From a bacterium (GTDB lineage: Bacteria; UBA8248): 64,000 nucleotides of DNA. The stretch is taken from contig CBDCRP010000002.1 in NCBI GenBank assembly GCA_965221165.1, positions 928,001-992,000 on the forward strand. The letters run 5' to 3'. Shown piece by piece: positions 37,915 to 48,191 of this stretch (the first letter of the stretch is position 1; every line of letters begins with the position of its first letter). Below the pieces are notes generated by a model. The model saw nothing but the letters and a program-made list of their open reading frames with translations, had not been told where the DNA came from and made no database searches. The position numbers were made by a program, and so were the translations under genes.

Positions 37915-39078
37915 TCACAACCGCTTTACGGCATCCGCGATGCGATCGACCGCCCGTTCCAGATTCTCCACGCTGTTGGCGAAGCACATCCTCAGGTGAT
38001 TGTCCGCATGAACGCCGAAAGCGGAGCCGGGCAAAGTCGCCACTCCTACTTCATCGAGAAGATAATCCGCAAAATCATCCGCGCTCATGGGAACCTGACT
38101 TACATTTGGGAACGCATAAAAAGCACCGTCAGGGTATTGGCAAGATATTCCTTCCACCTCATTGAGGCCTGCAATAAAGATATCGCGCCTGCGCTTGAAA
38201 TCATCCATCATGGCGCGGCTCTCGGACTGATCCTCCAAAAGCCCCTTCGCACCCGCCAACTGAATAAAAGGGGGCACGCAACTCACCGAGTTCGTGATGA
38301 GCTGGGCCAGCGGTTCGGCAAGCGCGGCGGGAGCGGCGATGAAGCCGAGGCGCCAGCCGGTCATGGCATATGTCTTCGAGAACGTCTCGAGCATGATTGT
38401 GCGCTCTCTCATGCCCGGCAGCGTGCCCAAGGAGATGTGTTCTCCCTCGAAAAGCATGTGGGCATACACCTCGTCCGATAAAACGATGATGTCGTTCTCC
38501 ACGACGATGTCCACGATGGCGTCGAGTTCATTCCTCGTCAAAGTCCCGCCGGTCGGGTTGTGCGGGTAGTTCAGGATGAGGAGGCGGGTTTTGTCGGTAA
38601 CCCGCGCGCGCAGATCATCCGCCGTAAAGCGAAAATCGTTTTCCTCCAAAATCGGCAGCGGCACGGGCTTCGCGCCCGCATAGAGCGCCACGGACTCATA
38701 GACGGGAAATCCCGGATCCGGATAAATCACCTCATCGCCCGGCCCCGCCGTGGCCATGATGGTGTAGTACAAAAATGGCTTTCCCCCCGGGCCGACCACG
38801 ATTTCATTCGGCGAATAATCCCCGCGCCCATCGCGGCTGAGCCATTCGCAAGCGGCTTCTCGAAGCTCCAACACACCGGCGGATGGACAATAGTGCGTCT
38901 GGCCCGCTTTCAACTGCGCATACGCTTCTTCGACGATGCTCGAGGGCGTGTCGAAATCGGTATCACCGATCTCCAAATGGATGATGTCCCGACCCTGGCG
39001 TTCCATTTCACTCGCCTTGGCGAGAACCACGAAAGCGCTTTCCGTTTTGAGCAGTTTCATCCGATCAGCCAAACGCAT
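37915..39078 (-). CDS. Class I/II PLP aminotransferase (AspC-like)
   Basis: NYPHNPTG, SDEVY, FSKTYAMTGWRLG. Confidence 0.94.
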   Translation of the reverse strand: MRLADRMKLLKTESAFVVLAKASEMERQGRDIIHLEIGDTDFDTPSSIVEEAYAQLKAGQTHYCPSAGVLELREAACEWLSRDGRGDYSPNEIVVGPGGKPFLYYTIMATAGPGDEVIYPDPGFPVYESVALYAGAKPVPLPILEENDFRFTADDLRARVTDKTRLLILNYPHNPTGGTLTRNELDAIVDIVVENDIIVLSDEVYAHMLFEGEHISLGTLPGMRERTIMLETFSKTYAMTGWRLGFIAAPAALAEPLAQLITNSVSCVPPFIQLAGAKGLLEDQSESRAMMDDFKRRRDIFIAGLNEVEGISCQYPDGAFYAFPNVSQVPMSADDFADYLLDEVGVATLPGSAFGVHADNHLRMCFANSVENLERAVDRIADAVKRL

Positions 39079-39094
39079 ATTTAATCCCCGTATC

Positions 39095-39700
39095 TTATAG
39101 CGCCGAGCGAAGCGGCGCGTCCGTCACAACACCACACCTCATGAACATATTCAACACTTCCGCAACGGGCAGACCCACGACGTTGGTGTAACTTCCCTCC
39201 ACCCTGTCCACGAGGCTGCCGCCCATCCCCTGAATGGCGTATGCGCCCGCCTTGTCCATGGGTTCGCCACTTTCCACGTAACGCCCGATGGTTTTCTCGT
39301 CAATTTCCCGGAAGGACACCTTCGTAGCGACCGCCTCCCCATGCCGGGAACCCGCTCCGAGGAGAGTGAACGCGGTTATCACCTCGTGTGTTCGTCCCGA
39401 AAGCATCCGCAGCATACGCGAGGCGTCATCCGTGCCCGATGGTTTTCCTAAAATTTTCCCCTCCAGCACGACTACGGTATCGGCTCCGAGAACGAACACA
39501 CCAGAATGCATCTTCGCCACACAGCACGCCTTGGCCAATGCGCGACACCCGGCCTCGGCTTCGGCTCCAAGCCCTGGCGCAATGCCCTCCTCCACGTCCG
39601 GGGGCGCCTGTACGACATCAAAAGCTAGACCCGCATCTTCTAAAAGCCGTTTTCTGCGCGGAGAGCCCGAAGCCAGGATAAAATGCTGAATCTGTCGCAA
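39095..39700 (-). CDS. maf: Maf nucleoside triphosphate pyrophosphatase
   Basis: ILASGSPRR, GADTVV, GKP, DKAGAYAIQG, NVVGLP; start uncertain (TTG chosen). Confidence 0.93.
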   Translation of the reverse strand: MRQIQHFILASGSPRRKRLLEDAGLAFDVVQAPPDVEEGIAPGLGAEAEAGCRALAKACCVAKMHSGVFVLGADTVVVLEGKILGKPSGTDDASRMLRMLSGRTHEVITAFTLLGAGSRHGEAVATKVSFREIDEKTIGRYVESGEPMDKAGAYAIQGMGGSLVDRVEGSYTNVVGLPVAEVLNMFMRCGVVTDAPLRSAL

Positions 39701-39719
39701 GAACCAGACCTGCGGAAGG

Positions 39720-40697
39720 CTAATTGTCTCGATCGACAATATAGTCGGCGATGTCGCGCAATACGTCGACATGGGAGGAGTCGGGCAAGACGGAAAGAGC
39801 CGCTTTCCCAGCCTCTACATATCCCCGAGCCCTATCAAGGGTGTAGTCCACCGTCCCGTATTTGTTCATCAACCCGAGAACGTCATCCATGTCCTCCGTG
39901 CGGATCTCCTCCGCGTGAACCACGAGGTGATTGAGCCTCTCGAACTCCGCACCCGTGGCCCGGGCGCAAACCCTGAGCAAAGGCAGCGTCACATTCCCCT
40001 CGCGCAGATCCTCGCCCACGGATTTCCCCGTTCTCTCGACATCTCCCATGTAATCGAGGGCGTCATCCACCAGTTGAAAGGCATATCCGATCTGAACGCC
40101 GAATTGGTGGATCGCTTCCGCGAACGTGGGCGGACTGTCAGGGATCAAGGCGCCGACGCGGCAACTCGCGGCAATGAGGGCCGCCGTCTTGCGGTAGATG
40201 ACGTCGAGATATTCCTCTTCGGTGAGCTTGAGGTTGTACATGTTCACCAACTGGAGCACTTCTCCTTCGGAGAGCAGGGTGCAGGCCTCGCTCATGGTTT
40301 TGATGATTCGCAAATCGGCGTCTGCGGCCATGAGGGAGAAACTCTTGGCGAAGAGGAAATCACCCACCAGGACACTCGTCTCATTGCTCCATTTGGCATT
40401 GGCGGACGGGTTGCCCCGCCTCATCTGCGCGTCATCCACCACGTCGTCATGAAGGAGCGTGGCCGTATGGATGTATTCCACCACACAACCCATCGTCGTG
40501 GCGCGAGGACCCTCATAGCCGCACGCCTTGGCGACGAGCACCAAGAGCATCGGGCGGATTCTCTTGCCGCCGGAACCAATGAGATAATCACTCACATCGG
40601 GAATCAAGACGACGTCCGAATGAAAATTCGCGTGAATCGCTTCTTCCACTTCCTGCATCTCGGAAGCGATTGAATCCGCAATCTCAGAAAATTTCAT
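39720..40697 (-). CDS. ispB: Long-chain polyprenyl diphosphate synthase
   Basis: GGKRIRP, HTATLLHDDVVD, FQLVDDALD; SD GGAGGT. Confidence 0.9.
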   Translation of the reverse strand: MKFSEIADSIASEMQEVEEAIHANFHSDVVLIPDVSDYLIGSGGKRIRPMLLVLVAKACGYEGPRATTMGCVVEYIHTATLLHDDVVDDAQMRRGNPSANAKWSNETSVLVGDFLFAKSFSLMAADADLRIIKTMSEACTLLSEGEVLQLVNMYNLKLTEEEYLDVIYRKTAALIAASCRVGALIPDSPPTFAEAIHQFGVQIGYAFQLVDDALDYMGDVERTGKSVGEDLREGNVTLPLLRVCARATGAEFERLNHLVVHAEEIRTEDMDDVLGLMNKYGTVDYTLDRARGYVEAGKAALSVLPDSSHVDVLRDIADYIVDRDN

Positions 40698-40903
40698 CCC
40701 ACCTCCGACCCGCAAGATAAACCCTGATGCGGGGTTTTCCTTCTCTCGACCATTTTCCCCGATAGCCGAACACAAGAGCAAATCAATCTATTGAGGAGGC
40801 CCATGGGTGTCAAGGCGCTGGAACGCCCCTTTTCCTCTGAGCGAAGCTCGGCTATGTTGCCAGAAACAGGGCGATTGTCCAACCATGGAGGGGAGTTCCG
40901 GTT

Positions 40904-41281
40904 ATGAGCAGAAAAATTCGAATTGCCGCAGGCAATGTGAGTATGGAGGCGGAACTGACGGAGAGCGAAACCGCGAACGCCTTGTGGGAGGCCTTGCCGA
41001 TCACCGGCGTGGCGAACGTCTGGGGCGAGGAAATCTATTTTCAGGTTCCCGTAGACGCGCCTTTGGAGGATTCCGCGCGCGAGGAGATGGAAGTCGGGGA
41101 AATCGCCTATTGGCCGCCCGGCAGCGCATTTTGCATTTTCTTTGGGCGCACCCCGGCGAGCGTGGACGACAAACCCCGCGCGGCCAGCCCCGTGAACCCG
41201 CTCGGGAGAGTGGATGGCGACGCGAAAGATTTCCTCAACGTCCGCTCAGGAGAAGAAGTTCGCCTGGAGAAAACATCGTGA
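40904..41281 (+). CDS. Cyclophilin-like fold protein
   Basis: WGEEIYF, GEIAYWPPGSAFCIFFGRTP. Confidence 0.85.
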   Translation: MSRKIRIAAGNVSMEAELTESETANALWEALPITGVANVWGEEIYFQVPVDAPLEDSAREEMEVGEIAYWPPGSAFCIFFGRTPASVDDKPRAASPVNPLGRVDGDAKDFLNVRSGEEVRLEKTS

Positions 41282-42531
41282 ACTCCGAGGGACCGAAAGA
41301 CGGCTACATCCTCATTCATTACAACGAGATTGGGCTCAAGGGGAAAAATCGCCCGATTTTCATCGATCGCCTCGCCAAGAGGGTCGAGCGTGCGGCTTCT
41401 TTGTTTTGTGAAGCGAAAGTCAAAAAACGCACGGGAAGACTTATTCTGGAAACTACCGGCCTTAAAGATTCGGACGCCCTGATCAAATCGCTCGGCAAAG
41501 TATTCGGACTGGCCTATTTCGCCCGGGCGCAAAAAACTCTGCTCGACCTCGAGGCGGCGACAAAAACTGCGCTCGAGATGATAGCTCCCCTAAAAATCAA
41601 AAGTTTTCGGGTGCGAACCCGAAAATCGTTCCCTTCCACGCCCGTCAGCACGAGGGAGTGGGACAGGACCATCGGCTCCAGGATTCAGGCCAGAAGACAC
41701 CTTCCGGTCGATTTGGAGCATCCCGGACTGACGATCCACGTCGAAGTCATTCCAAGAGAAGCCTGGATGTATGTGGAGAAAATACCGGGTCCGGGCGGTC
41801 TGCCCATCAACTCGCTCGGAAGGGTGGCGGCGCTCCTCTCGGGCGGCATCGACTCTCCGCTGGCCGCCTGGCGCATCATGAAGCGCGGCTGCGAAGTAGT
41901 GTTCATCCATTTTCATGGCGCACCCTATCTCAGCCGCGCATCCGCCGATAAAGCGGAGGATTTGGCCCAGGTGCTGAACAGCTACCAGTTGGGCAGCAGG
42001 CTGTATATGGTGCCGTTCGGAAACCTGCAAAAGGAGATCGTTCTCGCCACGCAGCCCGAATACCGCGTCGTCCTTTACCGCCGGTTCATGACGCGCATCG
42101 GCGAGCGGATAGCCGAACTCGAGAATGCCCGCGCCCTGGTCACCGGAGAGAGCCTGGGCCAGGTGGCGAGCCAGACGCTTCCGAATCTGGCCGCGATTGA
42201 AGATGCGGTGCAAATCCCGATTCTCAGACCCCTGATCGGCATGGATAAAGAGGAGATCATCGAAGGGGCGAAGGGAATCGATACGTTCGATATTTCCATC
42301 GAACCCGACCAGGATTGCTGCTCGTTGTTCGTACCCAAACACCCGGCCATCCGCTCTCACGCGGGCCACCTGCGCGGGCTCGAATCACGCCTGGCCGTCA
42401 ATGAAATGATCGAAAAAACACTCCATGAAACCGAAATCATCGATCTCGACGCGCAAGGACGGACGAGGAATTTTTCTTTCGCCCAAATTCATCCCGCTGC
42501 CGAGGAGGCGGTCATCACGCCGAAGGCATAG
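41278..42531 (+). CDS. thiI: tRNA 4-thiouridine synthase (rhodanese-less)
   Basis: EIGLKGKNR, THUMP domain, LLSGGIDS PP-loop, GESLGQVASQT, DCC; GTGA overlap with the upstream stop. Confidence 0.95.
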   Translation: MNSEGPKDGYILIHYNEIGLKGKNRPIFIDRLAKRVERAASLFCEAKVKKRTGRLILETTGLKDSDALIKSLGKVFGLAYFARAQKTLLDLEAATKTALEMIAPLKIKSFRVRTRKSFPSTPVSTREWDRTIGSRIQARRHLPVDLEHPGLTIHVEVIPREAWMYVEKIPGPGGLPINSLGRVAALLSGGIDSPLAAWRIMKRGCEVVFIHFHGAPYLSRASADKAEDLAQVLNSYQLGSRLYMVPFGNLQKEIVLATQPEYRVVLYRRFMTRIGERIAELENARALVTGESLGQVASQTLPNLAAIEDAVQIPILRPLIGMDKEEIIEGAKGIDTFDISIEPDQDCCSLFVPKHPAIRSHAGHLRGLESRLAVNEMIEKTLHETEIIDLDAQGRTRNFSFAQIHPAAEEAVITPKA

Positions 42532-42542
42532 GTGCGCATCCT

Positions 42543-42944
42543 TTACCCTGCTTTTTCTTTCTCCATGTCCGCCGCCAGATCCCTTTGATCCACGAAATGC
42601 GTATCCTGGTGCAGATAGCCCGCGAAATTATCCTGACGTATCGGTCCGCAAGCCTCGAAGGCCACCGTGTCTTCCAGATAGTCCGCCTGATGCTCGGTAT
42701 GCGGCGGCACGTACCAGACATCGCCTGGTTTCAAGACCGCCACCGGATCGTCTCCGGCCTGCACGCGGGCGGAGCCGCTGATGAGACAGAAAATCTGCTC
42801 CGCCTCATGGTGGTGTCTCCGCGTGGACTTCCCGCCTTTCGCGTGGATATAGCTGATCATGCAGTGCTTTCCGCTCACGAGGCCCACTTCCACCCCCGGG
42901 AACGGTACTTTCACCGGCAGTTCGTCCCAATTCGTCACTGGCAT
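42543..42944 (-). CDS. Cupin domain protein
   Basis: HHHEAEQ..SG and PGD..VPPHTEH. Confidence 0.88.
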   Translation of the reverse strand: MPVTNWDELPVKVPFPGVEVGLVSGKHCMISYIHAKGGKSTRRHHHEAEQIFCLISGSARVQAGDDPVAVLKPGDVWYVPPHTEHQADYLEDTVAFEACGPIRQDNFAGYLHQDTHFVDQRDLAADMEKEKAG

Positions 42945-43040
42945 TTTTGTCTCCTTGATACACGCGAACCCGTCCCCCCGATGAGGGGCGACGAGCTATC
43001 GCGGGCATGGAAAGATCGCGGCCTTTCTGCCGCCTCGCGC

Positions 43041-43949
43041 CTAGGTCTCTTGCATTCTCCTGACGGCCTCGGCGGGCAGGGATTCGCCGCAGGCGGCGTT
43101 TTGCGCAGACTGCTCAGGCGTTCTGATGCCTGGAATCACGCAGCTGACGTTTTCGTTGGAAACGCAGAACCGAATGGCCGCCTGGGCCGCCGAAATGCCG
43201 AGATTCCCCGCCACCTCGCGAGTACGGCCCAGCTGGGTCTGGAATTTCCGGATGTTCTCGGGCGAGAGGATGCCCTTTCTCCGGTCCCCTTCCGCGAACT
43301 CGAACGCCTCGTCGATGCGCCCTGAGAGAAAACCCCGCTTCAGCGGTACGCGGGATATCACGCCCACGTCCGCCGCCTTCGCCCGGACGAAGGCGGGCGC
43401 CGCCTCCTGGCTGATGACGTTGTACTCCATCTGCATGGTGGCGGGCTTGTCCTGCTCCACGGCCAGATTGCATTCCTCCACGGTGTTCACCGAAACGCCC
43501 CAGTGCTTGATCTTCCCGTCGGCCTTGGCGCCCTCGAGCAGCGCATAGCTGTCCTCGGCCGCCATGTTGTCGACCTTGGGGTTGTGTAGCTGGTAGTAGT
43601 CGATGGCATCGACTCCCAGGCGCTTCAAGCTCCCCTCCAGACAACCGGCGATGTAATCGGGCGTGAAGTTTCGCGTGCCCGTCGACATGTCGTTTCCGCC
43701 CTTGGTGAAAATCAGGATATCGCCGCGGTCGGAACGCTCGGTGAGAAACTTGCCGATGACGGTCTCGCTATGGCCCACGCCATAGGCGTCTGAGGTGTCG
43801 ATGAAATTCATGCCGGCGTCGATGGCGACGTGGAGCGCACGGTTGCTCTCGTCATCATCCACCGGGCCGAACGCGCCTCCGATGGTCATGGCGCCGAACC
43901 CGATAACCGTGACTTCCAAACCCGTCCGTCCGAGTGTTCTTCTCTCCAT
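43041..43949 (-). CDS. Aldo/keto reductase
   Basis: IDTSDAYG, TKGG, SLKRL..IDYYQLHNP, IPG. Confidence 0.94.
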   Translation of the reverse strand: MERRTLGRTGLEVTVIGFGAMTIGGAFGPVDDDESNRALHVAIDAGMNFIDTSDAYGVGHSETVIGKFLTERSDRGDILIFTKGGNDMSTGTRNFTPDYIAGCLEGSLKRLGVDAIDYYQLHNPKVDNMAAEDSYALLEGAKADGKIKHWGVSVNTVEECNLAVEQDKPATMQMEYNVISQEAAPAFVRAKAADVGVISRVPLKRGFLSGRIDEAFEFAEGDRRKGILSPENIRKFQTQLGRTREVAGNLGISAAQAAIRFCVSNENVSCVIPGIRTPEQSAQNAACGESLPAEAVRRMQET

Positions 43950-44183
43950 GCTCTATCTCCATATAAGAATGAGGAAATTTTGAAAATCCCATAGGGAAGT
44001 CCCAAGACTCCCAGGACGCTCATCTAAAGACTAGCGATGGGATGAATGTCCGCAAAGATGGCCGCATCATATCTTTCTTTCGCCGCCATCCGCAATCAAA
44101 CCTGCTCATATACGAAACCCATCGCCTGGGCTATACTCTCTCCACCCAACCATCGCCATCTGCGCCACCATGTGGAGAAAAAC

Positions 44184-45506
44184 ATGGACGACCTCAGACA
44201 AAAAGCCGTCGATTATCTCGACGCCCAAGCGGGCGAGACACGGGAAATCGCCCAAGAAATCTGGAACTTTGCGGAAATCGCTCTCGAGGAATTCAAATCC
44301 GCGGAATTGCTCGAAGACGTTTTGGAGCAAAACGGTTTCGAGGTGCAGCGCGGCGTGGGCGACCTGCCCACCGCATTCATCGCGAGATGGGGCGATAGCG
44401 GCCCCGCCGTTGGAATTTTAGGAGAATACGACGCGCTCCCCCACTGCGGGGATTCACACGAAAAACAAGGCCACGGCTGCGGGCACAACCTCTTCGGCAC
44501 GGCCAGCGCCTATGCAGCGATTGCGGCGGCGCGCGCGCTGCGCGAATCGGGGGCGAAGGGCCGTGTCGTCTGCTTCGGCTGTCCGGCGGAAGAAACCCTG
44601 GAGGGCAAGGTGTACATGGCGCGCGATGGCGCGTTCGACGACATCGACGCCGCCGTCACCTGGCACCCCGGGGAGAAGAGCTTCACCCGGGGGGGCAGCA
44701 CCAACGCCATGGATTCCATCGTCTTTGAGTTTTATGGCGAAACCGCCCACTCGGCCCGAGACCCGTGGAACGGCAGAAGCGCGCTCGACGGCGTGGAAAT
44801 CATGAACTATGGCGTCAACATGATGCGCGAGCACGTCATCGAGCCGGTCAAGATTCACTACGTGATCACGGACGGAGGGGTGGCTCCCAACGTCGTACCC
44901 TCCTATTCGCGCGTATGGTACTACGTGCGGGCGCCCAAAAGAGCGATGGTCAACGAATTGAGCGAGCGCGTGCGAAACTGCGCGAAAGCGGGCGCGCTGG
45001 CGTCGGGTACGCGGATGAAGGAAACACTGCTCACCGCCGTGTACGAGAATCTCCCCAACAACGCCTTGGCCCATTGCGTGCAAAGGAACCTGGAATTCGT
45101 GGGCGCGCACACTTATTCGGACGAGGCGAAGGAATTCGCCCGAAAACTGGGGTATGAGGAACCTCTCTCGGAAGAGGTGTCCCCCCTCGACCCGGCGGAC
45201 ATCCGCCCGAGCAACGAGCGCGGCAACGTGAGCTGGCTCACGCCCCTGGGCAACCTGATGACTACCTGCCATGCACCGGGAACGCCCGGGCATTCCTGGC
45301 TCGCCACGCAGCAATACGGCATGGAAATCGGAGAAAAGGGCATGATGACCTCCGCCAAAACCATGGCGGCCGCCACGCTGGAACTCATCAGCGACGAGAA
45401 CCTGTTGAAACAGGTGAGAGAAGAGTTCCAGGAGAGAACGAGAGGTTTTACCTACGACCCCCTCATCCCCGAGGGACAAAAACCGAACCCCCTGGGCATG
45501 AGGTAG
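44184..45506 (+). CDS. M20 amidohydrolase (AbgB-like)
   Basis: EYDALP, GHGCGHN, PAEE, WHP, GRSALD, DGGVAPNVVP. Confidence 0.92.
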   Translation: MDDLRQKAVDYLDAQAGETREIAQEIWNFAEIALEEFKSAELLEDVLEQNGFEVQRGVGDLPTAFIARWGDSGPAVGILGEYDALPHCGDSHEKQGHGCGHNLFGTASAYAAIAAARALRESGAKGRVVCFGCPAEETLEGKVYMARDGAFDDIDAAVTWHPGEKSFTRGGSTNAMDSIVFEFYGETAHSARDPWNGRSALDGVEIMNYGVNMMREHVIEPVKIHYVITDGGVAPNVVPSYSRVWYYVRAPKRAMVNELSERVRNCAKAGALASGTRMKETLLTAVYENLPNNALAHCVQRNLEFVGAHTYSDEAKEFARKLGYEEPLSEEVSPLDPADIRPSNERGNVSWLTPLGNLMTTCHAPGTPGHSWLATQQYGMEIGEKGMMTSAKTMAAATLELISDENLLKQVREEFQERTRGFTYDPLIPEGQKPNPLGMR

Positions 45507-45556
45507 AAATTATCCAGAGACGATGCACAGCATAGCACGCACTAGAGGAGCAGATC

Positions 45557-46396
45557 ATGAAATTCGGCGTCGCGATTTTCCCGACAGATTATTCCATCGC
45601 CCCGCACCGGGTCGCCAAAGAGGCGGAAGACAGAGGTTTCGAGTCCATCTTCTTCCCGGAGCACACCCATATTCCGGCGAGTAGAAAAACCCCCTGGCCC
45701 GGCGGTGCGGAACTCCCGCTTGAATACTCGCACTCGCTCGATCTTTTCGTGGGTCTCGGGGCCGCGGCGGGGGCTACGAAAAAAATCATGCTGGGCACGG
45801 GCATATGCCTCGTCATCGAGCGCGACCCGATCACCCTCGCCAACGAAGTGGCCACGCTCGATCACATCTCGAACGGCCGCGTGCTCTTCGGGGTGGGCGG
45901 CGGCTGGAACCGCGAGGAGATGGAAAACCACGGAACGAGTTTCGAGAAACGCTGGTTCGTCCTGCGCGAGCGCATCGAGGCCATGAAAGCCATCTGGACG
46001 GAGGACGAGGCGAGTTATCATGGAGATTTCGTGGATTTCGAGCGCATCTGGTCCTGGCCCAAACCGATCCAGAAGCCGCACCCGCCGATATTCGTGGGTG
46101 GAAACGGGGCGAGAACGCTCGATCGCGTGGTACGCTACGGGGATGAGTGGATGCCGCTGCCCCGGGGGGATATGGACTTGACGCCGCGAATACGGGAGCT
46201 TCAGGAACTGGCGGCCAAAGCGGGGCGTGCGCCCATCCCCGTCAGCATTTTCTTCGCACCTCCTGACGTCGCTAAGCTTCGCGCTCTCGAGAGCAATGGG
46301 GTGGGGAGGAGCATCTTCATCCTGCCCTCCGCGGAAGCCGACGTCGTCTTGCCGAAACTAGACGAGCTGGCCGGCGTCGTGGCGCAATACGGCTAA
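45557..46396 (+). CDS. LLM-class (probably F420-dependent) oxidoreductase
   Basis: FPEHTHIP, ATLDHISNGR, GWNREE, PKPIQKPHPP. Confidence 0.88.
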   Translation: MKFGVAIFPTDYSIAPHRVAKEAEDRGFESIFFPEHTHIPASRKTPWPGGAELPLEYSHSLDLFVGLGAAAGATKKIMLGTGICLVIERDPITLANEVATLDHISNGRVLFGVGGGWNREEMENHGTSFEKRWFVLRERIEAMKAIWTEDEASYHGDFVDFERIWSWPKPIQKPHPPIFVGGNGARTLDRVVRYGDEWMPLPRGDMDLTPRIRELQELAAKAGRAPIPVSIFFAPPDVAKLRALESNGVGRSIFILPSAEADVVLPKLDELAGVVAQYG

Positions 46397-46415
46397 GCAA
46401 AGAGAAACCAAAAGA

Positions 46416-46453
46416 AAAGGCCCCCGGCGGGATTCAAACCGCCTGGGGCCTTT
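46416..46453. terminator. Probable bidirectional intrinsic terminator
   Basis: AAAGGCCCCCGGCGG-GATTCAAA-CCGCCTGGGGCCTTT between convergent genes. Confidence 0.75.
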
Positions 46454-46468
46454 GTCGTTCGAATGCGG

Positions 46469-46933
46469 CTAGTGGCAGATGATTCCGTTTTTCTCGGCAT
46501 ACTGCTGGTGATAGTCCTCGCCCATCCAGAATTTCGACGCCTTTGTAATCTCCGTCACTATCGGGGCCCAATGACGCCCCGATTCCTCCTGCTCCTGCTT
46601 GGAGGCTAGCGCATCGGCCTCCTGCTCGGGCGAGAAGAAATAAATCGCCGAGCGATACTGGGTGCCCACATCGGGACCCTGGCGGTTCAGCGTGCAGGGA
46701 TCGTGAATCCGCCAGAGCATATCCAACAGTTCCCGATAAGAGACTTTCTCCGGCTCGAACTCCAGATAGACGACCTCCGCATGTCCCGTGCGGCCCGTGC
46801 ATACCTCTCCGTAGGTGGGATCGTCCTTCGCGCCGCCTGCGTATCCCACAGCGGTGTAGGCCACGCCTTCCACCTTGCGAAACGCCGCCTCCACTCCCCA
46901 GAAACAACCTGCGCCGAACATGGCCTTTTCCAT
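46469..46933 (-). CDS. msrA: Peptide methionine sulfoxide reductase A
   Basis: GCFWG, TGHAE, RQGPDVGTQYRS, EDYHQQY. Confidence 0.97.
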   Translation of the reverse strand: MEKAMFGAGCFWGVEAAFRKVEGVAYTAVGYAGGAKDDPTYGEVCTGRTGHAEVVYLEFEPEKVSYRELLDMLWRIHDPCTLNRQGPDVGTQYRSAIYFFSPEQEADALASKQEQEESGRHWAPIVTEITKASKFWMGEDYHQQYAEKNGIICH

Positions 46934-46959
46934 AAGCGCTCCTTAGTGAAAAACAAAAA

Positions 46960-48057
46960 TTACGGCTCTATCTCCACGCTCCCCGGTGGGCCTTCGACCA
47001 CCTCGCCGAACGCGGCGGCGGGAGCGACGCCCGCCCCGTGCAGTTCGTCCAAAAGCGCCTCCGCCTTGTCCGCATCCACCGCGATGATGAGTCCTCCCGA
47101 TGTCTGCGCATCGTTGAGCAAGGCGACCATCTCCTCATCGACGCCCGGTTTCGGCTCGACGAACGGCTTCGTCCACAGGCGGTTGCGCTCGCCCCCTCCC
47201 GCCGTGCCCGCGATGGCGTGGGGAAGCAAGCCCTCAAACCTGGGCACACCGGAGAAAACGACGCGCGCGCGCGCGCCGCTTGCCTCCATCACATTATGAA
47301 GATGGCCCAGAAGACCAAACCCGGTCACGTCCGTACAAGCATTTACGCCAACGCGCATCATGCATTCGCTCGCTTTGTTGTTGAGCGCCTGCATCGAGGC
47401 CACCGCCTCTTCGAATACGCCGTCGCGGAGCTTTCCGTTTTTCCCAAAAATGCCGCGAGCGGCCTTTACTACCGGGTTCACCTGTTTCGTCACGTTGGTG
47501 ACGACGCCGGTGCCTATTTTTTTCGTCAGAATGAGCGTATCGCCGGGTTTCGCCCCCTGGTTCGTCACCATCTTCCGGGGGTCGACCGTTCCGGTGACGG
47601 CGATGCCGTATTTGGGCTCCACGTCATCCACGCTGTGGCCGCCCACGATGACGCCGCCCGCCTCGCGCATCTTGTCCGCGCCGCCGGCCAGGATTCTCCC
47701 CAACACGTCCAGACCGATGCGGCAGGGAAACCCCACCAGATTCAACCCGGTGATCGGCTGCGCGCCCATGGTGAAGCAATCGCTCAGCGCATTGGCCGCT
47801 GCTATCTGGCCATAGGCGTAAGCGTCATCCACGATGGGCGTGAAGAAATCCACCGTCTGGACGATGGCCAAATCCTCTCTGAGACGATACACGCCCGTGT
47901 CGTCCCCGGCGTTCGTTCCGTAGAGAAGATTCGGGTCCGAAAACGGCTCGAACTGGCTCAATGCCTCTCTCAGGTCCTCCGGACCCAGCTTAGAGCCTCA
48001 CCCGCCCGCCTTGACCATCCGGGTAAGCTGTACTTTTCTCTCAGACGCCGTTGCCAT
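46960..48057 (-). CDS. selD: Selenide, water dikinase, selenocysteine-containing (U20)
   Basis: MATASERKVQLTRMVKAGG-TGA-GSKLGPEDL continues in frame into the 333-aa ORF (TVDFFTP, AANALSD, GGHS, TDVTGFGL, QTSGGL). Confidence 0.95.
47969..47997 (-). promoter_or_regulatory. Candidate bacterial SECIS element
   Basis: After UGA: GGCUCUAAGCU-GGGUCC-GGA-GGACCU; G-led apical loop 17 nt from the UGA. Confidence 0.7.
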
Positions 48058-48191
48058 TCTCTCTCCCGAAAATTCCGACGCGGCTTGGGAAAATCCCTAA
48101 TCGGGGGGATAATAGTACATCTTCAGATGATAGACAAAAAACATATATCTTTCCCTCGTTTCCAATGAATGCCTCCAGAAAGGACACTTGA

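Noticed and set aside
40807-41277. Apparent 157-aa N-terminal extension of ThiI
   Set aside because: That span is the cyclophilin-like gene in another frame; ThiI starts at GTG 41278.
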